In this document: in pieces, positions 29,436 through 39,930 of the stretch | How positions within the stretch are numbered: position 1 is the first letter of the stretch | Layout: each line of letters opens with the position of its first letter | NCBI GenBank assembly: GCA_963707025.1 | Contig: CAVPOM010000003.1 | Span: 1 to 64,000, forward strand | Source: an uncultured Verrucomicrobiae bacterium | Lineage (GTDB): Bacteria; Verrucomicrobiota; Verrucomicrobiia; Limisphaerales; Palsa-1400 | Direction: 5' to 3' | DNA length: 64,000 bases | Notes under the pieces: model-generated | Databases searched by the model: none | Seen by the model: only the letters and a program-made list of their open reading frames with translations | Told to the model about the DNA's origin: nothing | Position numbers and translations under genes: made by a program

Positions 29436-29604
29436 CGGGGGAGAGCCTAAAGGGCCGGGCAAAAATCCGCAATCCATTTGCCCCGCCTGCGCCCAAACCG
29501 GGGCGCCTGGCGAAAGAACGGTGATCCGTTGAACCTTCTGGCGATGAGCCAGGGAGGGTTTTACCCCATTTGCGCAGAGGGCAAAATGGGATTATTTTAT
29601 AGTC

Positions 29605-30264
29605 ATGAGTGGTTATTCTTTAAAGAGGATGTTGGCGGCGGCCGGAGCGTTTGGGCTGCTGGCGGGCGGGGCGGTTGCCGCTCCCCAAGCCGTCACAAAT
29701 AATGGCAAAGTCGTGGTTCGAACAAACGCCGCCATCGCGGCTCTGGCACCCGTGGCCACACCGCAGCCGTTTGCGCCCATCGGCGGGGCCTTCACCCCGG
29801 CCTTGATGGGGCGGACGGCATGGCCTGGTTATTTTGGCGCAACCAACCCGGCGACACTGGGTGGCGTGTTCGGCCCGGCGCCTCTGGGCGGGGTGCGGTA
29901 CGCCGGGCCGGTTGGCGGAACGATGTTTGGGCAGATTCCCCCCGGTGGCCGGCTGACCAATGTGGTCGTCGGCGGCGCGCCTTCTTCCCGCTTTCCCACG
30001 TTCGGGGCGCTTAATGGGCAGCCGCCAGGCGGCCACTTCGGCTCCAACATTCTTGGCGGAATTCGCAGCCCCGGCAATTCCCTCACCGCCAGGTCCAGTG
30101 GCGTGATCGTCGGCGGCGCGCAACCAGCCGGCGCTGCGCCAGGAGGGGTGATTGTCGGCGGCGCGCCTCCGGGCGGCGTGATGGTGCAAGGGAATTCGCC
30201 GGGCGGCATAATCGTTGGCAGCGCTCCCCCCATCACGAATGCCCCCGGCGGACAACTCCATTGA
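29605..30264 (+). CDS. Gly/Pro-rich secreted low-complexity protein
   Basis: Signal peptide; repeats of G(V/I)(I/M)VGG(A/S)xPG. Confidence 0.6.
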   Translation: MSGYSLKRMLAAAGAFGLLAGGAVAAPQAVTNNGKVVVRTNAAIAALAPVATPQPFAPIGGAFTPALMGRTAWPGYFGATNPATLGGVFGPAPLGGVRYAGPVGGTMFGQIPPGGRLTNVVVGGAPSSRFPTFGALNGQPPGGHFGSNILGGIRSPGNSLTARSSGVIVGGAQPAGAAPGGVIVGGAPPGGVMVQGNSPGGIIVGSAPPITNAPGGQLH

Positions 30265-30406
30265 TGATGGCAGACGGGGGAAGCCGGCGGGAAAAGGAGG
30301 GGGTCCGGTGCCGCGCCTGGGTTTAAATTGAGAGGGCCGAAATTATTTTGCCGGGCGTGTGACGGCTTGCCTTTTTGTCTTAATGAGAGCTTCCTGAACT
30401 GCCGCC

Positions 30407-31561
30407 GTGACACAGCCAAAAACAATTTATTTCGACCATAACGCGACCACGCCGCTGGATCCGCAGGTGCGTGAGGCCATGCTGCCGTTTTTGGGCGAGG
30501 TCTTTGGAAACCCATCCAGCGTCCACCAGGTGGGGCGGCAGGCTCGATTCCTTCTGGATGATGCCCGTGACCGGGTGGCCCGGGTTTGGGGATGCAAACC
30601 CAGCGAGGTCGTCTTCACCAGCGGCGGCACGGAAAGCAATAACCTGGCGATATTCGGCACCGCACGACTGCTGCGCGACAAAGGACGGCATTTGATCACC
30701 TCGCGCGTCGAGCATCATGCTGTGCTTCATTGCTTTGAATACTTGCAGAAGAAAGAGGGTTTTTCGGTTACCTACCTTCCCGTTGACAAAGAAGGGGTGG
30801 TTTCGCCGGACGATTTGGCCGGGGCGATTCGACCGGAAACGATCCTCGTTTCGATCATGGCGGCCAATAATGAAATCGGCACCATTCAGCCTGTTGACGA
30901 TTTGGGGGAGATTTGCCGGTCTCGCGGCATTATTTTCCATACCGATGCGGTGCAATGGCTTGGCAAGGAACATTTTGAATCCATTCATCAGTTTAAGGCC
31001 GATCTGGTTTCGGTTTGCTCCCACAAGTTTTACGGACCAAAGGGCGCGGGTGCTTTGTTTGTGCGTTCTCCTCTGCACCCGGACCCAATTCTCCTTGGCG
31101 GCGGGCATGAAAATGAGCGGCGGGCTGGAACTGAAAACATGGCCGGGATCATTGGCTTTAGCGAGGCTCTGAGCCGTTTTGCAAGCCCGCCGGTGTTCTC
31201 ATCCGAGGCGTTAAAACCTCTGGCGGCCCGATTAACCACACGCCTTCGCTGCATGGATGGCGTTGAATTTCGCGGTTCGCCCCGGCAGCGGCTGGCCAAT
31301 ACCGTGGCCTTGACCGTGGCTGGTTGCGACAGTATTACGTTATTGGCCGGGCTTGACTTGCTGGGAATTTGCGCTTCCAGCGGCTCGGCTTGCTCGGCCG
31401 GTTCGTTAAAGCCATCTCATGTTTTGCTGGCTTTGGGGGTTGAAAAACAGCTTGCCAATTCACTGGTTCGCTTTTCCCTTGGCCGGAACTCGACTTTGGA
31501 AGAAGTTGAGCTGGTTGCGGATGGTCTTCTCCATGTCATTAAGCAAGCGCGTTGTGTTTGA
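30407..31561 (+). CDS. iscS: Cysteine desulfurase (IscS/NifS class)
   Basis: IYFDHNATTP, FTSGGTESNN, HTDAVQ, SHKFYGPKG, SSGSAC. Confidence 0.93.
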   Translation: MTQPKTIYFDHNATTPLDPQVREAMLPFLGEVFGNPSSVHQVGRQARFLLDDARDRVARVWGCKPSEVVFTSGGTESNNLAIFGTARLLRDKGRHLITSRVEHHAVLHCFEYLQKKEGFSVTYLPVDKEGVVSPDDLAGAIRPETILVSIMAANNEIGTIQPVDDLGEICRSRGIIFHTDAVQWLGKEHFESIHQFKADLVSVCSHKFYGPKGAGALFVRSPLHPDPILLGGGHENERRAGTENMAGIIGFSEALSRFASPPVFSSEALKPLAARLTTRLRCMDGVEFRGSPRQRLANTVALTVAGCDSITLLAGLDLLGICASSGSACSAGSLKPSHVLLALGVEKQLANSLVRFSLGRNSTLEEVELVADGLLHVIKQARCV

Positions 31562-31634
31562 AATGCCTGTGAATTGAGTGTGCCGTCTGCCAACAACTCC
31601 TCCTTTAATCCGAGCAACGATCTCCGGCGGGCCT

Positions 31635-31752
31635 TTATGCACACGCTTTTTTATGCGCAACTGGTTGAACCACGGCTTGACAACGCCGATTTTTTCAATT
31701 ATTCACCATGCTTAATAATAATCTTTCTTTGTACATAGGAATATCATATTAA
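31635..31752 (+). other. Candidate replication origin unwinding element (DnaA boxes + DnaA-trio-like tract)
   Basis: TTATGCACA (31635, matches TTWTNCACA), TTATGCGCA (31651), overlapping TTTTTCAAT/TTATTCACC (31691/31699), then TTA ATA ATA ATC TTT CTT (31712-31729) and an AT-rich stretch directly before dnaN. Confidence 0.55.
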
Positions 31753-31761
31753 GAGGCTCGC

Positions 31762-32871
31762 ATGAATCTAACCATCGCCAAAGAAAAGCTCATTCACGGC
31801 CTGCAGGCCGTGCAAAACGTTGTGAGCACACGCACCACCCTGCCCATTCTTTCCAATGTGCTGATGAGGGCCGAGGACAACAAGGTGGAGTTTACGGCCA
31901 CCGACCTGGACGTGACCATCAACTGCACGGTTGAGGCCAGTGTCAAGAAGAAGGGAGCGTCCACCATCCCGGTGAAGCGATTTTTCGGGGTGGTGCGGGA
32001 ACTGGGCAGCCCGGAGATTGAACTGGAGGTGGATGAAAAGCATGCGTGCAGCGTCCGGGCCGGGGCCTCGTTTTACAAGATTAACGGCTTGAGCGCCGAT
32101 GAATTTCCGCCCATTCAGAAATTCAAGGAGGACAAAAAGATTGTCCTGCCGCAGGAAAAATTAAAGGGGATGCTGCGCAAGACCTCCTTCGCCATCTCGA
32201 ATGACGAATCCCGCTACGTTTTGAATGGAATTTTCCTCATCCTCAAAGACCACAAGATGACGATGGTGGCGACCGATGGACGCCGGCTTGCCCTGGTGGA
32301 CGAGGAAGTGGACATCCCGGAAAACAGCCAGGGCGAGTTCATCCTGCCCACCAAGGCGGTCAATGAAATAACGCGGTTGCTTGGGGACAAAGGCGATGTG
32401 GAAATGAAGTTTAGCGAGAACCAGGTTTCCCTGTCGCTGACAGATGAAAAAGGCAATTCAGCTGTGGTGATTTCCAAGCTGGTGGAAGGCAATTATCCCA
32501 ATTACAAGCAGGTCATACCCAATGATACCAAGGAGCGGGTGGCCCTGCCAAGGGAGGAATTGCTGGCCGCTTTGCGCCGCGCGCAAATTATGACCAGCGA
32601 CAAGGCAAATTCGGTGAAACTGGCCATCGGGCGCAATAATCTGGCCATCACGGCCAACTCGCCGGACGTGGGAGAGGCCCGTGAAACGCTGGCGATCAAT
32701 TACAAAGGCAAGGATTTGCAAATTGCCTTCAACCCGGCCTACTTGATTGATCCCCTCAATGTCCTGACCGAGGACGAAGTTTTCCTGGAATTGATTGACG
32801 AACTGAGTCCTGGCGTCCTGAAGATCAACGGCCCGTTTTTGTACGTGGTGATGCCGATGAGGTTAAGTTAA
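31762..32871 (+). CDS. dnaN: DNA polymerase III beta clamp
   Basis: TTLPILSNVL, ATDLDV, DESRYVLNG, VATDGRRLA, GNYPNY, IAFNPAYL, YVVMPMR. Confidence 0.97.
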   Translation: MNLTIAKEKLIHGLQAVQNVVSTRTTLPILSNVLMRAEDNKVEFTATDLDVTINCTVEASVKKKGASTIPVKRFFGVVRELGSPEIELEVDEKHACSVRAGASFYKINGLSADEFPPIQKFKEDKKIVLPQEKLKGMLRKTSFAISNDESRYVLNGIFLILKDHKMTMVATDGRRLALVDEEVDIPENSQGEFILPTKAVNEITRLLGDKGDVEMKFSENQVSLSLTDEKGNSAVVISKLVEGNYPNYKQVIPNDTKERVALPREELLAALRRAQIMTSDKANSVKLAIGRNNLAITANSPDVGEARETLAINYKGKDLQIAFNPAYLIDPLNVLTEDEVFLELIDELSPGVLKINGPFLYVVMPMRLS

Positions 32872-32951
32872 GCGGGGCTTGTGAATTTCGGGTGAACAAG
32901 AATTAACAAGATTGCCGTGCCGTTTCGGGGGGAGGCGGTAAAATCGGGCCC

Positions 32952-33893
32952 ATGAGCCATTATCAAAGCGCGCTGGAGGCAACCGAAGCGCATCTGCGCA
33001 TCCTCCAGGCAAACGGGGTCAGGTTCCTCAACGTTCAGGCGGAAACGCTTTTTGCCCTCCAACAACCTGTGCCGGAACAACCGGACATGGTTGTGGTTGA
33101 GAAGGAGCAGGCCACGGAGGCTGTCGCGGCTGGACAGAGTCTCGTCCCGCCGAATCTGGCCGCGGATGAAAAGGAGGCGCCCGTCGCGGAAGCAGCGGTT
33201 TTGATGGAACCGGCGCAAACGGGCGCGGCTCTTGCGTCCGCGCCCGCACTGGCGGCGGCTTTAGGGCGCGAGGGCAAAGCGGCGGCGATGACGGCTTTGC
33301 GGGAGCGGGCGATGGCGTGCGTGAAGTGCCCGCATTTGGTGAAGTCCAGGCGGACAGTCGTTTTTGGGACGGGCGACATCCACGCGCGGCTGATGTTCGT
33401 GGGGGAAGCGCCGGGAGCGGACGAAGACGCGCGCGGCGAGCCGTTTGTGGGAGCAGCCGGCCAATTGTTGACTCGCATCATCAAGGCGATGGGTTTCACG
33501 CGCGAGACGGTCTATATCGCCAACATATTGAAGTGCCGGCCCGACATGCCAGGGCAAAATTCTGGCAATCGCAAACCGACGCCGGAGGAAATGAAAACCT
33601 GCCTGCCCTGGTTGCTGGAGCAAATTGATTTGATCCGCCCCGCCGTCATGGTCGCGCTGGGGGCGACCGCCGTGGAAGGTTTATTAGGCAAAGGCGAGGG
33701 CATCACCCGGCTGCGGGGCCGGTTCCAAATCTTCCGCGACATCCCGGTCATGCCGACCTTTCATCCGTCTTATTTGCTGCACAATCAGGCGGTCACGGAG
33801 AAGCGCAAGGTGTGGGAGGACATGATGCAGGTGTTGGAAAAACTCGGCGCGCCCATCAGCGAAAAGCAGCGCGGGTTTTTTCTGAAGGCGTAG
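32952..33893 (+). CDS. Uracil-DNA glycosylase family 4
   Basis: [39 protein letters not shown]. Confidence 0.93.
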   Translation: MSHYQSALEATEAHLRILQANGVRFLNVQAETLFALQQPVPEQPDMVVVEKEQATEAVAAGQSLVPPNLAADEKEAPVAEAAVLMEPAQTGAALASAPALAAALGREGKAAAMTALRERAMACVKCPHLVKSRRTVVFGTGDIHARLMFVGEAPGADEDARGEPFVGAAGQLLTRIIKAMGFTRETVYIANILKCRPDMPGQNSGNRKPTPEEMKTCLPWLLEQIDLIRPAVMVALGATAVEGLLGKGEGITRLRGRFQIFRDIPVMPTFHPSYLLHNQAVTEKRKVWEDMMQVLEKLGAPISEKQRGFFLKA

Positions 33894-33894
33894 C

Positions 33895-34485
33895 TTAACT
33901 TTCGGGATTGTCCAAAAGATTCTGAAGACGGGCGCGCAAGGCGGCGGGCAGACGCGCGCACCAAGAGGCATCAATCAAGCCCACCTCGAGAAGGTCGCGC
34001 AGATGCACCCGGTCTTTGTCGCGGAAGGAAGTCAGTTTCATCCGCACCAGTGCATCCAAACTGAGGAGCCGGAAAAAACCCGCGGTTTCGGATTCGGAAA
34101 CGTCCGGGGTGGTTGCCATGTATTCCGGCCGGACTTTTTCTCCGGCTAAAACAACATGGACGGCATCGCGCGCTTTGGCCCGGGGTCCGTCCAGAAACAT
34201 CTCGATGCCAGCCACCTTGCGGCGGATGAAGCCGGCCTTGGCCAAAGCCGCGGTTGCGGCGTCCAAATCCGCCCGCCGCAAGAGAATGTCCACATCTTGC
34301 GTGTTGCGCACGGCCGCCTCATCCACGCGCGAAACCCAGGCAGCCACGGCGTTGCCGCCGGCCACGGCATAAGGAACGCCCGCTTCTTCCAAGGCCGTGG
34401 CCGCCCGTTTCAAGCGTTCGCGGACTTTTTCCACAGCCCCGATCATCCTTTCCCATGAAACCTTGGCCAGCGCGGGTTGGGACAT
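33895..34485 (-). CDS. Nucleotidyltransferase-fold protein (AbiEii/MenT-like)
   Basis: YAVAGGNAV, RNTQDVDILL, LVRMKLTSFRDKDRVHLRDL. Confidence 0.7.
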   Translation of the reverse strand: MSQPALAKVSWERMIGAVEKVRERLKRAATALEEAGVPYAVAGGNAVAAWVSRVDEAAVRNTQDVDILLRRADLDAATAALAKAGFIRRKVAGIEMFLDGPRAKARDAVHVVLAGEKVRPEYMATTPDVSESETAGFFRLLSLDALVRMKLTSFRDKDRVHLRDLLEVGLIDASWCARLPAALRARLQNLLDNPES

Positions 34486-34635
34486 AAGTTTGATGGGTCA
34501 CAGCGCACGAGGAGCGCCGCGACCATGAGTTCCGAATGCTTCAGAAGATTCATCTCGTCTTGCAAATAAGCTCCACCTTCTGGCCGCTTCTGCCAAGCAA
34601 AATCCGGCTGCAAGATCGAACCAGTCCGCCTCCAA

Positions 34636-36279
34636 CTATTCTTCGCCCATGAACGGGTAGCGATAGTCCTGCGGCGCAACGAAAGTCTCCTTGATGGCGC
34701 GCGCCGAAACCCAGCGCATCAGGTTGAGCATGCTCCCGGCCTTGTCATTGGTTCCCGAAGCGCGCCCCCCGCCGAAGGGCTGCTGGTTGACCACCGCCCC
34801 GGTCGGCTTGTCGTTGATGTAGAAGTTGCCGGCGGCGTGACGCAGTTTGGCCATGGCGACCTGGATGGCGTCGCGGTCCCGGGCAAACACCGCCCCGGTC
34901 AAGGCATAAGGAGAAGTTTGGTCGCACAACTCCAGCGTCTTTTCGTAATCCTTGTCGGGGTAAACATAAACCGTGAGCACAGGACCGAAGATTTCCTCCT
35001 GCATCAGTTTGAAGTCGGGTTTCCTGGCCAGCACCAGGGCCGGCCGGATGAACCAGCCTTGGCTGTCATCGCACTCGCCGCCGGCCAGCAATTCGGCCTC
35101 GCCCGGGCTTTTGGAGTAAGCAAGCCAGCCCTTGATGGAGTTGAAGGCGTTCTTATCAATGACCGCGGTCATGAAGTTCCGGAAATCCGCCGGGTCGCCC
35201 ATGCGAATGGAGCGGATCTCCTCCACCAGCCGGTCGCGCACCTGTTTCCACAACGAGGCGGGCACGTACAAGCGCGAAGCGGCGGAGCATTTCTGCCCCT
35301 GAAATTCAAACGCGCCGCGCACGGTGTTGAAGACCAGCGCGGCCAGATCGGCGGAGGCGTGCGCGAAAATGAAGTCCTTGCCGCCGGTTTCCCCGACCAG
35401 CCGCGGATAATTTTTGTAACGCGGGAGATTTTCGCCCACGGTCTGCCACATGTGATGGAAAACGGCGGTGCTGCCGGTGAAATGGATGCCCGCCAGGCCG
35501 GGATGCCGTGTGGCCGCATCGCCAATCTGGCTGCCGGGGCCGGGAAGGAAGTTGATGACCCCCGGCGGAAGTCCGGCCTCTTCGAGCAGTTGCATGGTGA
35601 AATGGGCCGAATAGACCGCGCTGGAGGCCGGTTTCCACAGCACCGTGTTGCCCATCAAGGCCGGGGCGGTGGGCAGGTTGCCGGCGATGGAGGTGAAATT
35701 GAAAGGCGTCACGGCCAAGACGAATCCTTCCAAGGCGCGGTAGTCAACCATGTTCCAGACGCCAGGGGCTGAATCGGGCTGTTCGGCCATCAACCGGGCG
35801 GCGAAGCAGGGATTGAAGCGGAAGAAGTCTATCAGTTCGCAGGCCGAATCTATCTCGGCCTGGAAGGCGGTCTTGCTCTGGCCCAGCAGGGTGGCGGCGT
35901 TGAGGATGGGCCGGTACTTGGTGCTGAGCAAATCCGCCGCCTTGAGGAACACGGCCGCCCGGTTCTCCCAGGGAAGGGTGGACCACGATTTCCAGGCGGT
36001 GGCGGCGGCCTGGACCGCCTGCTCCACCTGTTCGGCTCCAGCCTGGTGGTACTGTCCCAGCAGATGGGCGTGGTCGTGCGGGCAAACGCACTTGGCGAGG
36101 TTGCCGGTCTTGACCAGCTTGCCGCCGATGCGGAGCGGAATCTCGATCTGCTCCCCCAGCATCTTCTTGATCTGCTGTTTGAGCTGGAGTTTTTCCGGCG
36201 AACCGGGCCGGTACTCCCTGACCGGCTCGTTCCGGGGTTTGGAGAAATTATTGATGGCGCTGATATTCCTTTCGATCAT
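34636..36279 (-). CDS. pruA: 1-pyrroline-5-carboxylate dehydrogenase
   Basis: QAEIDSACELIDF, PFNFTSIAGNL, FTGST, GETGGKDF, FEFQGQKCSA, EEIFGP, NDKPTGAVVNQQPFGG. Confidence 0.95.
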   Translation of the reverse strand: MIERNISAINNFSKPRNEPVREYRPGSPEKLQLKQQIKKMLGEQIEIPLRIGGKLVKTGNLAKCVCPHDHAHLLGQYHQAGAEQVEQAVQAAATAWKSWSTLPWENRAAVFLKAADLLSTKYRPILNAATLLGQSKTAFQAEIDSACELIDFFRFNPCFAARLMAEQPDSAPGVWNMVDYRALEGFVLAVTPFNFTSIAGNLPTAPALMGNTVLWKPASSAVYSAHFTMQLLEEAGLPPGVINFLPGPGSQIGDAATRHPGLAGIHFTGSTAVFHHMWQTVGENLPRYKNYPRLVGETGGKDFIFAHASADLAALVFNTVRGAFEFQGQKCSAASRLYVPASLWKQVRDRLVEEIRSIRMGDPADFRNFMTAVIDKNAFNSIKGWLAYSKSPGEAELLAGGECDDSQGWFIRPALVLARKPDFKLMQEEIFGPVLTVYVYPDKDYEKTLELCDQTSPYALTGAVFARDRDAIQVAMAKLRHAAGNFYINDKPTGAVVNQQPFGGGRASGTNDKAGSMLNLMRWVSARAIKETFVAPQDYRYPFMGEE

Positions 36280-36699
36280 GGCACCACCCTAAGGCCGCCA
36301 GCCGCCGCCAACCAACCGTTATTTGCCAATCCCTTGGCGAAAATTGACGGGGAGACGGCTTCCGGCCGGCGCGCGGCATGCGTCGTTCCTGGCAGGGCGA
36401 GCCACACCTTCGAGCCGCTGATGGTCCTGGCCGCGATGGTGGGCGAGGGCATGGAGGTGAGGCGAGGGCTGAACTGGCGGCCGTGCAGCACGAGCGCCGC
36501 ATGGCCGTCATCATGGAAACGGCAGCGCTGCAAGGGGTTACCGATAATATTGTACAAAGCATCTGTGTTTTAACACTTCCGAAGATGTAACCAGATGTAA
36601 CAGGTTTTTCGGAGCAATGGTAGGGAGCGGACCCTGCGCTACTTCCAGCGGTTGTCCTGCCGGAAGAAATCCACCGAACACAGCGAAGAACCCGAATGC

Positions 36700-36717
36700 C
36701 TTATCTAAGCGCCATTC
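36700..36717 (+). mobile_element. Solitary copy of the IS4 terminal inverted repeat
   Basis: CTTATCTAAGCGCCATTC versus CTTATTTAAGCGCCATTC at 50046-50063 (17/18). Confidence 0.65.
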
Positions 36718-36805
36718 GGGTCAACCCATAGCCTAGCCAGTTCTTCTGTACTTTCATGGGTCCGCCATTGGCGAAGCGCGTCTTCCTGTCTGTGTGGCCG
36801 CATTT

Positions 36806-36952
36806 TCACGACAGGAACAGGTCGGCAGATACGCCAAAGTGTTGGGCCAATGTCCGCACATGATGGAGGGTTAGTTTGCGTTCGCCGCGCAGGATCATCG
36901 CGCCCAGCGTGCGGTGAACACCCAGCAGCCGCGCCAGGTCCGCCGCGCTCAG
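36806..36952 (-). pseudogene. C-terminal HTH fragment of a HigA-like antitoxin
   Basis: LSAADLARLLGVHRTLGAMILRGERKLTLHHVRTLAQHFGVSADLFLS*; in-frame stop at 36959-36961 and no upstream start codon; abuts a repeat element. Confidence 0.7.
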
Positions 36953-36986
36953 AATTGCTCACCCCGAATTGCGCCAGAACGGTGCT

Positions 36987-37121
36987 GGAGTGCGCCCGTC
37001 CCCGGGCGCAGCAGCGTGGGAAACACAGCGCGGCGGTGAATTTCCAGCGCACCCAAAGAAGCCCCGGCTTGCTGCGGCCGGGGACGGCCGCACTCCGCCA
37101 GGAGCAGTGTCAAGACGCGCC
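36987..37121. repeat. 110-bp REP doublet copy 3 (36987-37096) plus MITE end GCAGTGTCAAGACGCGCC
   Basis: Inverted near-copy of 8493-8627. Confidence 0.85.
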
Positions 37122-37165
37122 AGTTTGGGAGTGACAGGGCGGGTTGGGCTTGTTAGAAAGGCAGC

Positions 37166-37981
37166 ATGGATACCAAAATGAGCGTTGGCTTTCTCGGCGC
37201 GGGCACCATGGCCACGGCGCTGGCCAAGAGTTTTGTTCACTCAGGACTCGTCGCGGCCAGGGATGTTATTGCCAGCGATCCGTTGGAGGCCGCCCGGGCC
37301 TCGTTCGCCAAGACGGTCGGCGCAAAAACGACCACCTCCAACGTGACCGTCGTGAAAACGGCGCAGGTGGTGATTCTGGCCGTCAAGCCGGACCAGGTCG
37401 CCGGCGTGCTGGCGGAGATCCGGGGGCATTTCACCGAGAACCATCTGCTCATCTCCATCGCGGCGGGCGTGCCGATTGCCCGGCTGGAAACGGAATTGCA
37501 GACGGGGGCGCGGCTCATCCGGGTCATGCCCAATGCCAGCGCGGTCGTCAACACGGCGGTGAGCGCCTTCGCGCCCGGCAAATCGGCCCTGCCGGCCGAC
37601 GCCGAGCTGGCGCAGAAACTCTTTTCCTCCGTCGGCGTGGCCTTTCCCATCAAGGAATACCTGCTCGACGCGGTCACCGGCTTGAGCGGGAGCGGTCCGG
37701 CCTATGTCTATATGTTCATCGAGGCGCTGAGCGACGGGGGCGTGGCCACGGGCCTGCCCCGCGCCATTGCCACAAAACTGGCCGCGCAAACGGTTTTGGG
37801 GGCGGCCAAAATGGTTTTGGAAACCGGCTTGCACGCCGCCCAGTTGAAGGACATGGTGGCCAGCCCGGCGGGCACAACCATCGAAGGCATCCATGAACTG
37901 GAGAAGGGCAGGTTCCGCGGCACGGTGATCAGCGCCGTGCGCGCCGGAACGGAGAAGTCAAAGAAGCTTGGGCAGGGATAG
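37166..37981 (+). CDS. proC: Pyrroline-5-carboxylate reductase
   Basis: GFLGAGTMA, LAVKP, SIAAGV, RVMPN, TGLSGSGPAY, VASPAGTTIEG. Confidence 0.95.
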   Translation: MDTKMSVGFLGAGTMATALAKSFVHSGLVAARDVIASDPLEAARASFAKTVGAKTTTSNVTVVKTAQVVILAVKPDQVAGVLAEIRGHFTENHLLISIAAGVPIARLETELQTGARLIRVMPNASAVVNTAVSAFAPGKSALPADAELAQKLFSSVGVAFPIKEYLLDAVTGLSGSGPAYVYMFIEALSDGGVATGLPRAIATKLAAQTVLGAAKMVLETGLHAAQLKDMVASPAGTTIEGIHELEKGRFRGTVISAVRAGTEKSKKLGQG

Positions 37982-38010
37982 GGGCAATGCGGAATGGAGA
38001 ATGCAGAATT

Positions 38011-39915
38011 ATGAGGCTGAGAACTATTATTGACTTTGTGAGACCCGGGATCATCGCGCTCGCTTGCGGCCTGGCGGCGGCCGCCTTGGCCCAGGAACCG
38101 CCCGTCCAACTGGAAGTGGACGCGACGGATGCCACGCGGAAAATCCTGCACGCGCATTTGCAATTTCCCGTCCATCCCGGTCCGCTCACGCTGCTCTACC
38201 CGAAATGGATTCCAGGCGAGCACGAGCCGGACGGCCCGATTACCGATCTGAGCGGCTTGAAAATGAGCGCGCTGGGCAAGCCGGTCGCCTGGCGCCGGGA
38301 TGACGATGACATGTTCGCCTTTCATGCGCAGGTTCCGGCGGGGGTGGACCGGCTGGAGGTCGCGCTGGATTTTCTGCTGCCGCCCAGCAGCGAGGGCTTT
38401 TCTTCGGGCGCGTCGGCCACGGCGCAGTTGCTGGTCTTGAGTTGGAACCAGGTGCTGCTCTATCCGGCGGGCGTCAAAGCGAGCGATGTCAAGTACAGCG
38501 CCTCCCTGCGGATGCCGGCGGGGTGGAAGTTCGCCACGGCCCTGCCGGTGGCAGGTGGCTCAGCCCCGGCGGTTTCCTTCGCGGCCGTCTCGCTGGAAAC
38601 GCTGGTGGATTCGCCGGTCATCATGGGAAATTATTTGCGCACGATTGATTTGACCCCGGGCCAACATCCGGCGCACACCCTCAATCTCGTCGCGGACAGC
38701 GCGGCGGCGCTGGAGATCAAGCCAGAGGACACGCGACATTTCGCCCATCTGGTGGCGGAGACCGGGGCGCTGTTTGGGGCGCGGCACTATGGCAGCTACC
38801 ATTTCCTGCTCACGCTCAGCGACCATGTGGCGCACTTCGGCCTGGAGCATCATGAGTCGAGCGATGACCGGGAGGGGGAGAAGTATTTGACAGACGAGGA
38901 TTACCGCAACACGGCCGCCTACCTGCTCTGCCACGAGATGGTGCATTCCTGGAACGGCAAGTACCGCCGCCCGGCCGGGCTGGCCACGCCGGATTACCAA
39001 AAGCCGATGAAAGGGGAGCTGCTCTGGGTCTATGAGGGGCTGACGGATTATTTGGGAATCATCCTGACCGCGCGGAGCGGACTGTGGACGAACGGGAATT
39101 TTGAGGACTACGTGGCGCTGGAAGCGGCCCGGCTGGACCACACGCCGGGCCGGCAATGGCGTCCGCTGGCCGACACGACCATCGCGGCGCAACTGCTCTA
39201 CGAGGCGCGGGACGAGCAGGCCTCGTCGCGGCGGAGCGTGGATTTTTACGACGAGGGCGATTTGATCTGGCTGGAGGCGGACGTGTTGATCCGGCAGAAA
39301 ACGGGCGGCGCGAAATCGCTGGACGATTTTTGCAAGAAATTCCACGGCGGCCAAAGCGGCCCGCCCAAGGTGGTGCCTTACACGGAGGACGACGTGGTGG
39401 CGGCGCTGAACGAGGTGGCGCCGAATGATTGGCGGGAATTTTTCCGCACGCGCATCTATGAACCAGCGCCGCGCGCGCCGCTGGGCGGGATCGAAGGAGC
39501 GGGCTGGCGGCTGGCCTACACCAACACGGTGTCGCCCATGCTCAAGTCCCGGGAAAGCGAAAAGAAGTACACGGACATGAGCTGTTCGCTGGGCATTACC
39601 GTGAAGGAAGACGGCTACCTGACCGATGTCATCGCCGGCTCGCCGGCGGACCAGGCGGGAGTGGGCACGGCGATGAAGCTGCTGGGGGTCAACGGGCGGC
39701 ATTGGACACCGGAAATTTTGCGCGCCGCGGTCAAGGAGGCCGCGACGAACCCCGCGCCCGTGGAACTGCTGGTGGAGAACGAAGAATACTTCAAGACATG
39801 CAAAGTCAATTATCACGGGGGAGAAAAGTATCCGCTGCTGGAGCGGGACAGCGCCAAGCCGGATTTGTTGAGCCAGATTCTCAAGCCGCTCACGCCCGAG
39901 CCGGATTTGAAGTGA
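38011..39915 (+). CDS. M61 glycyl aminopeptidase with PDZ domain
   Basis: YPKWIPGEH, LVDSP, GLEHHES, HEMVHSWNGK, LWVYEGLT.Y, PDZ GSPADQAG. Confidence 0.92.
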   Translation: MRLRTIIDFVRPGIIALACGLAAAALAQEPPVQLEVDATDATRKILHAHLQFPVHPGPLTLLYPKWIPGEHEPDGPITDLSGLKMSALGKPVAWRRDDDDMFAFHAQVPAGVDRLEVALDFLLPPSSEGFSSGASATAQLLVLSWNQVLLYPAGVKASDVKYSASLRMPAGWKFATALPVAGGSAPAVSFAAVSLETLVDSPVIMGNYLRTIDLTPGQHPAHTLNLVADSAAALEIKPEDTRHFAHLVAETGALFGARHYGSYHFLLTLSDHVAHFGLEHHESSDDREGEKYLTDEDYRNTAAYLLCHEMVHSWNGKYRRPAGLATPDYQKPMKGELLWVYEGLTDYLGIILTARSGLWTNGNFEDYVALEAARLDHTPGRQWRPLADTTIAAQLLYEARDEQASSRRSVDFYDEGDLIWLEADVLIRQKTGGAKSLDDFCKKFHGGQSGPPKVVPYTEDDVVAALNEVAPNDWREFFRTRIYEPAPRAPLGGIEGAGWRLAYTNTVSPMLKSRESEKKYTDMSCSLGITVKEDGYLTDVIAGSPADQAGVGTAMKLLGVNGRHWTPEILRAAVKEAATNPAPVELLVENEEYFKTCKVNYHGGEKYPLLERDSAKPDLLSQILKPLTPEPDLK

Positions 39916-39930
39916 GCAGTACCAAGAATT

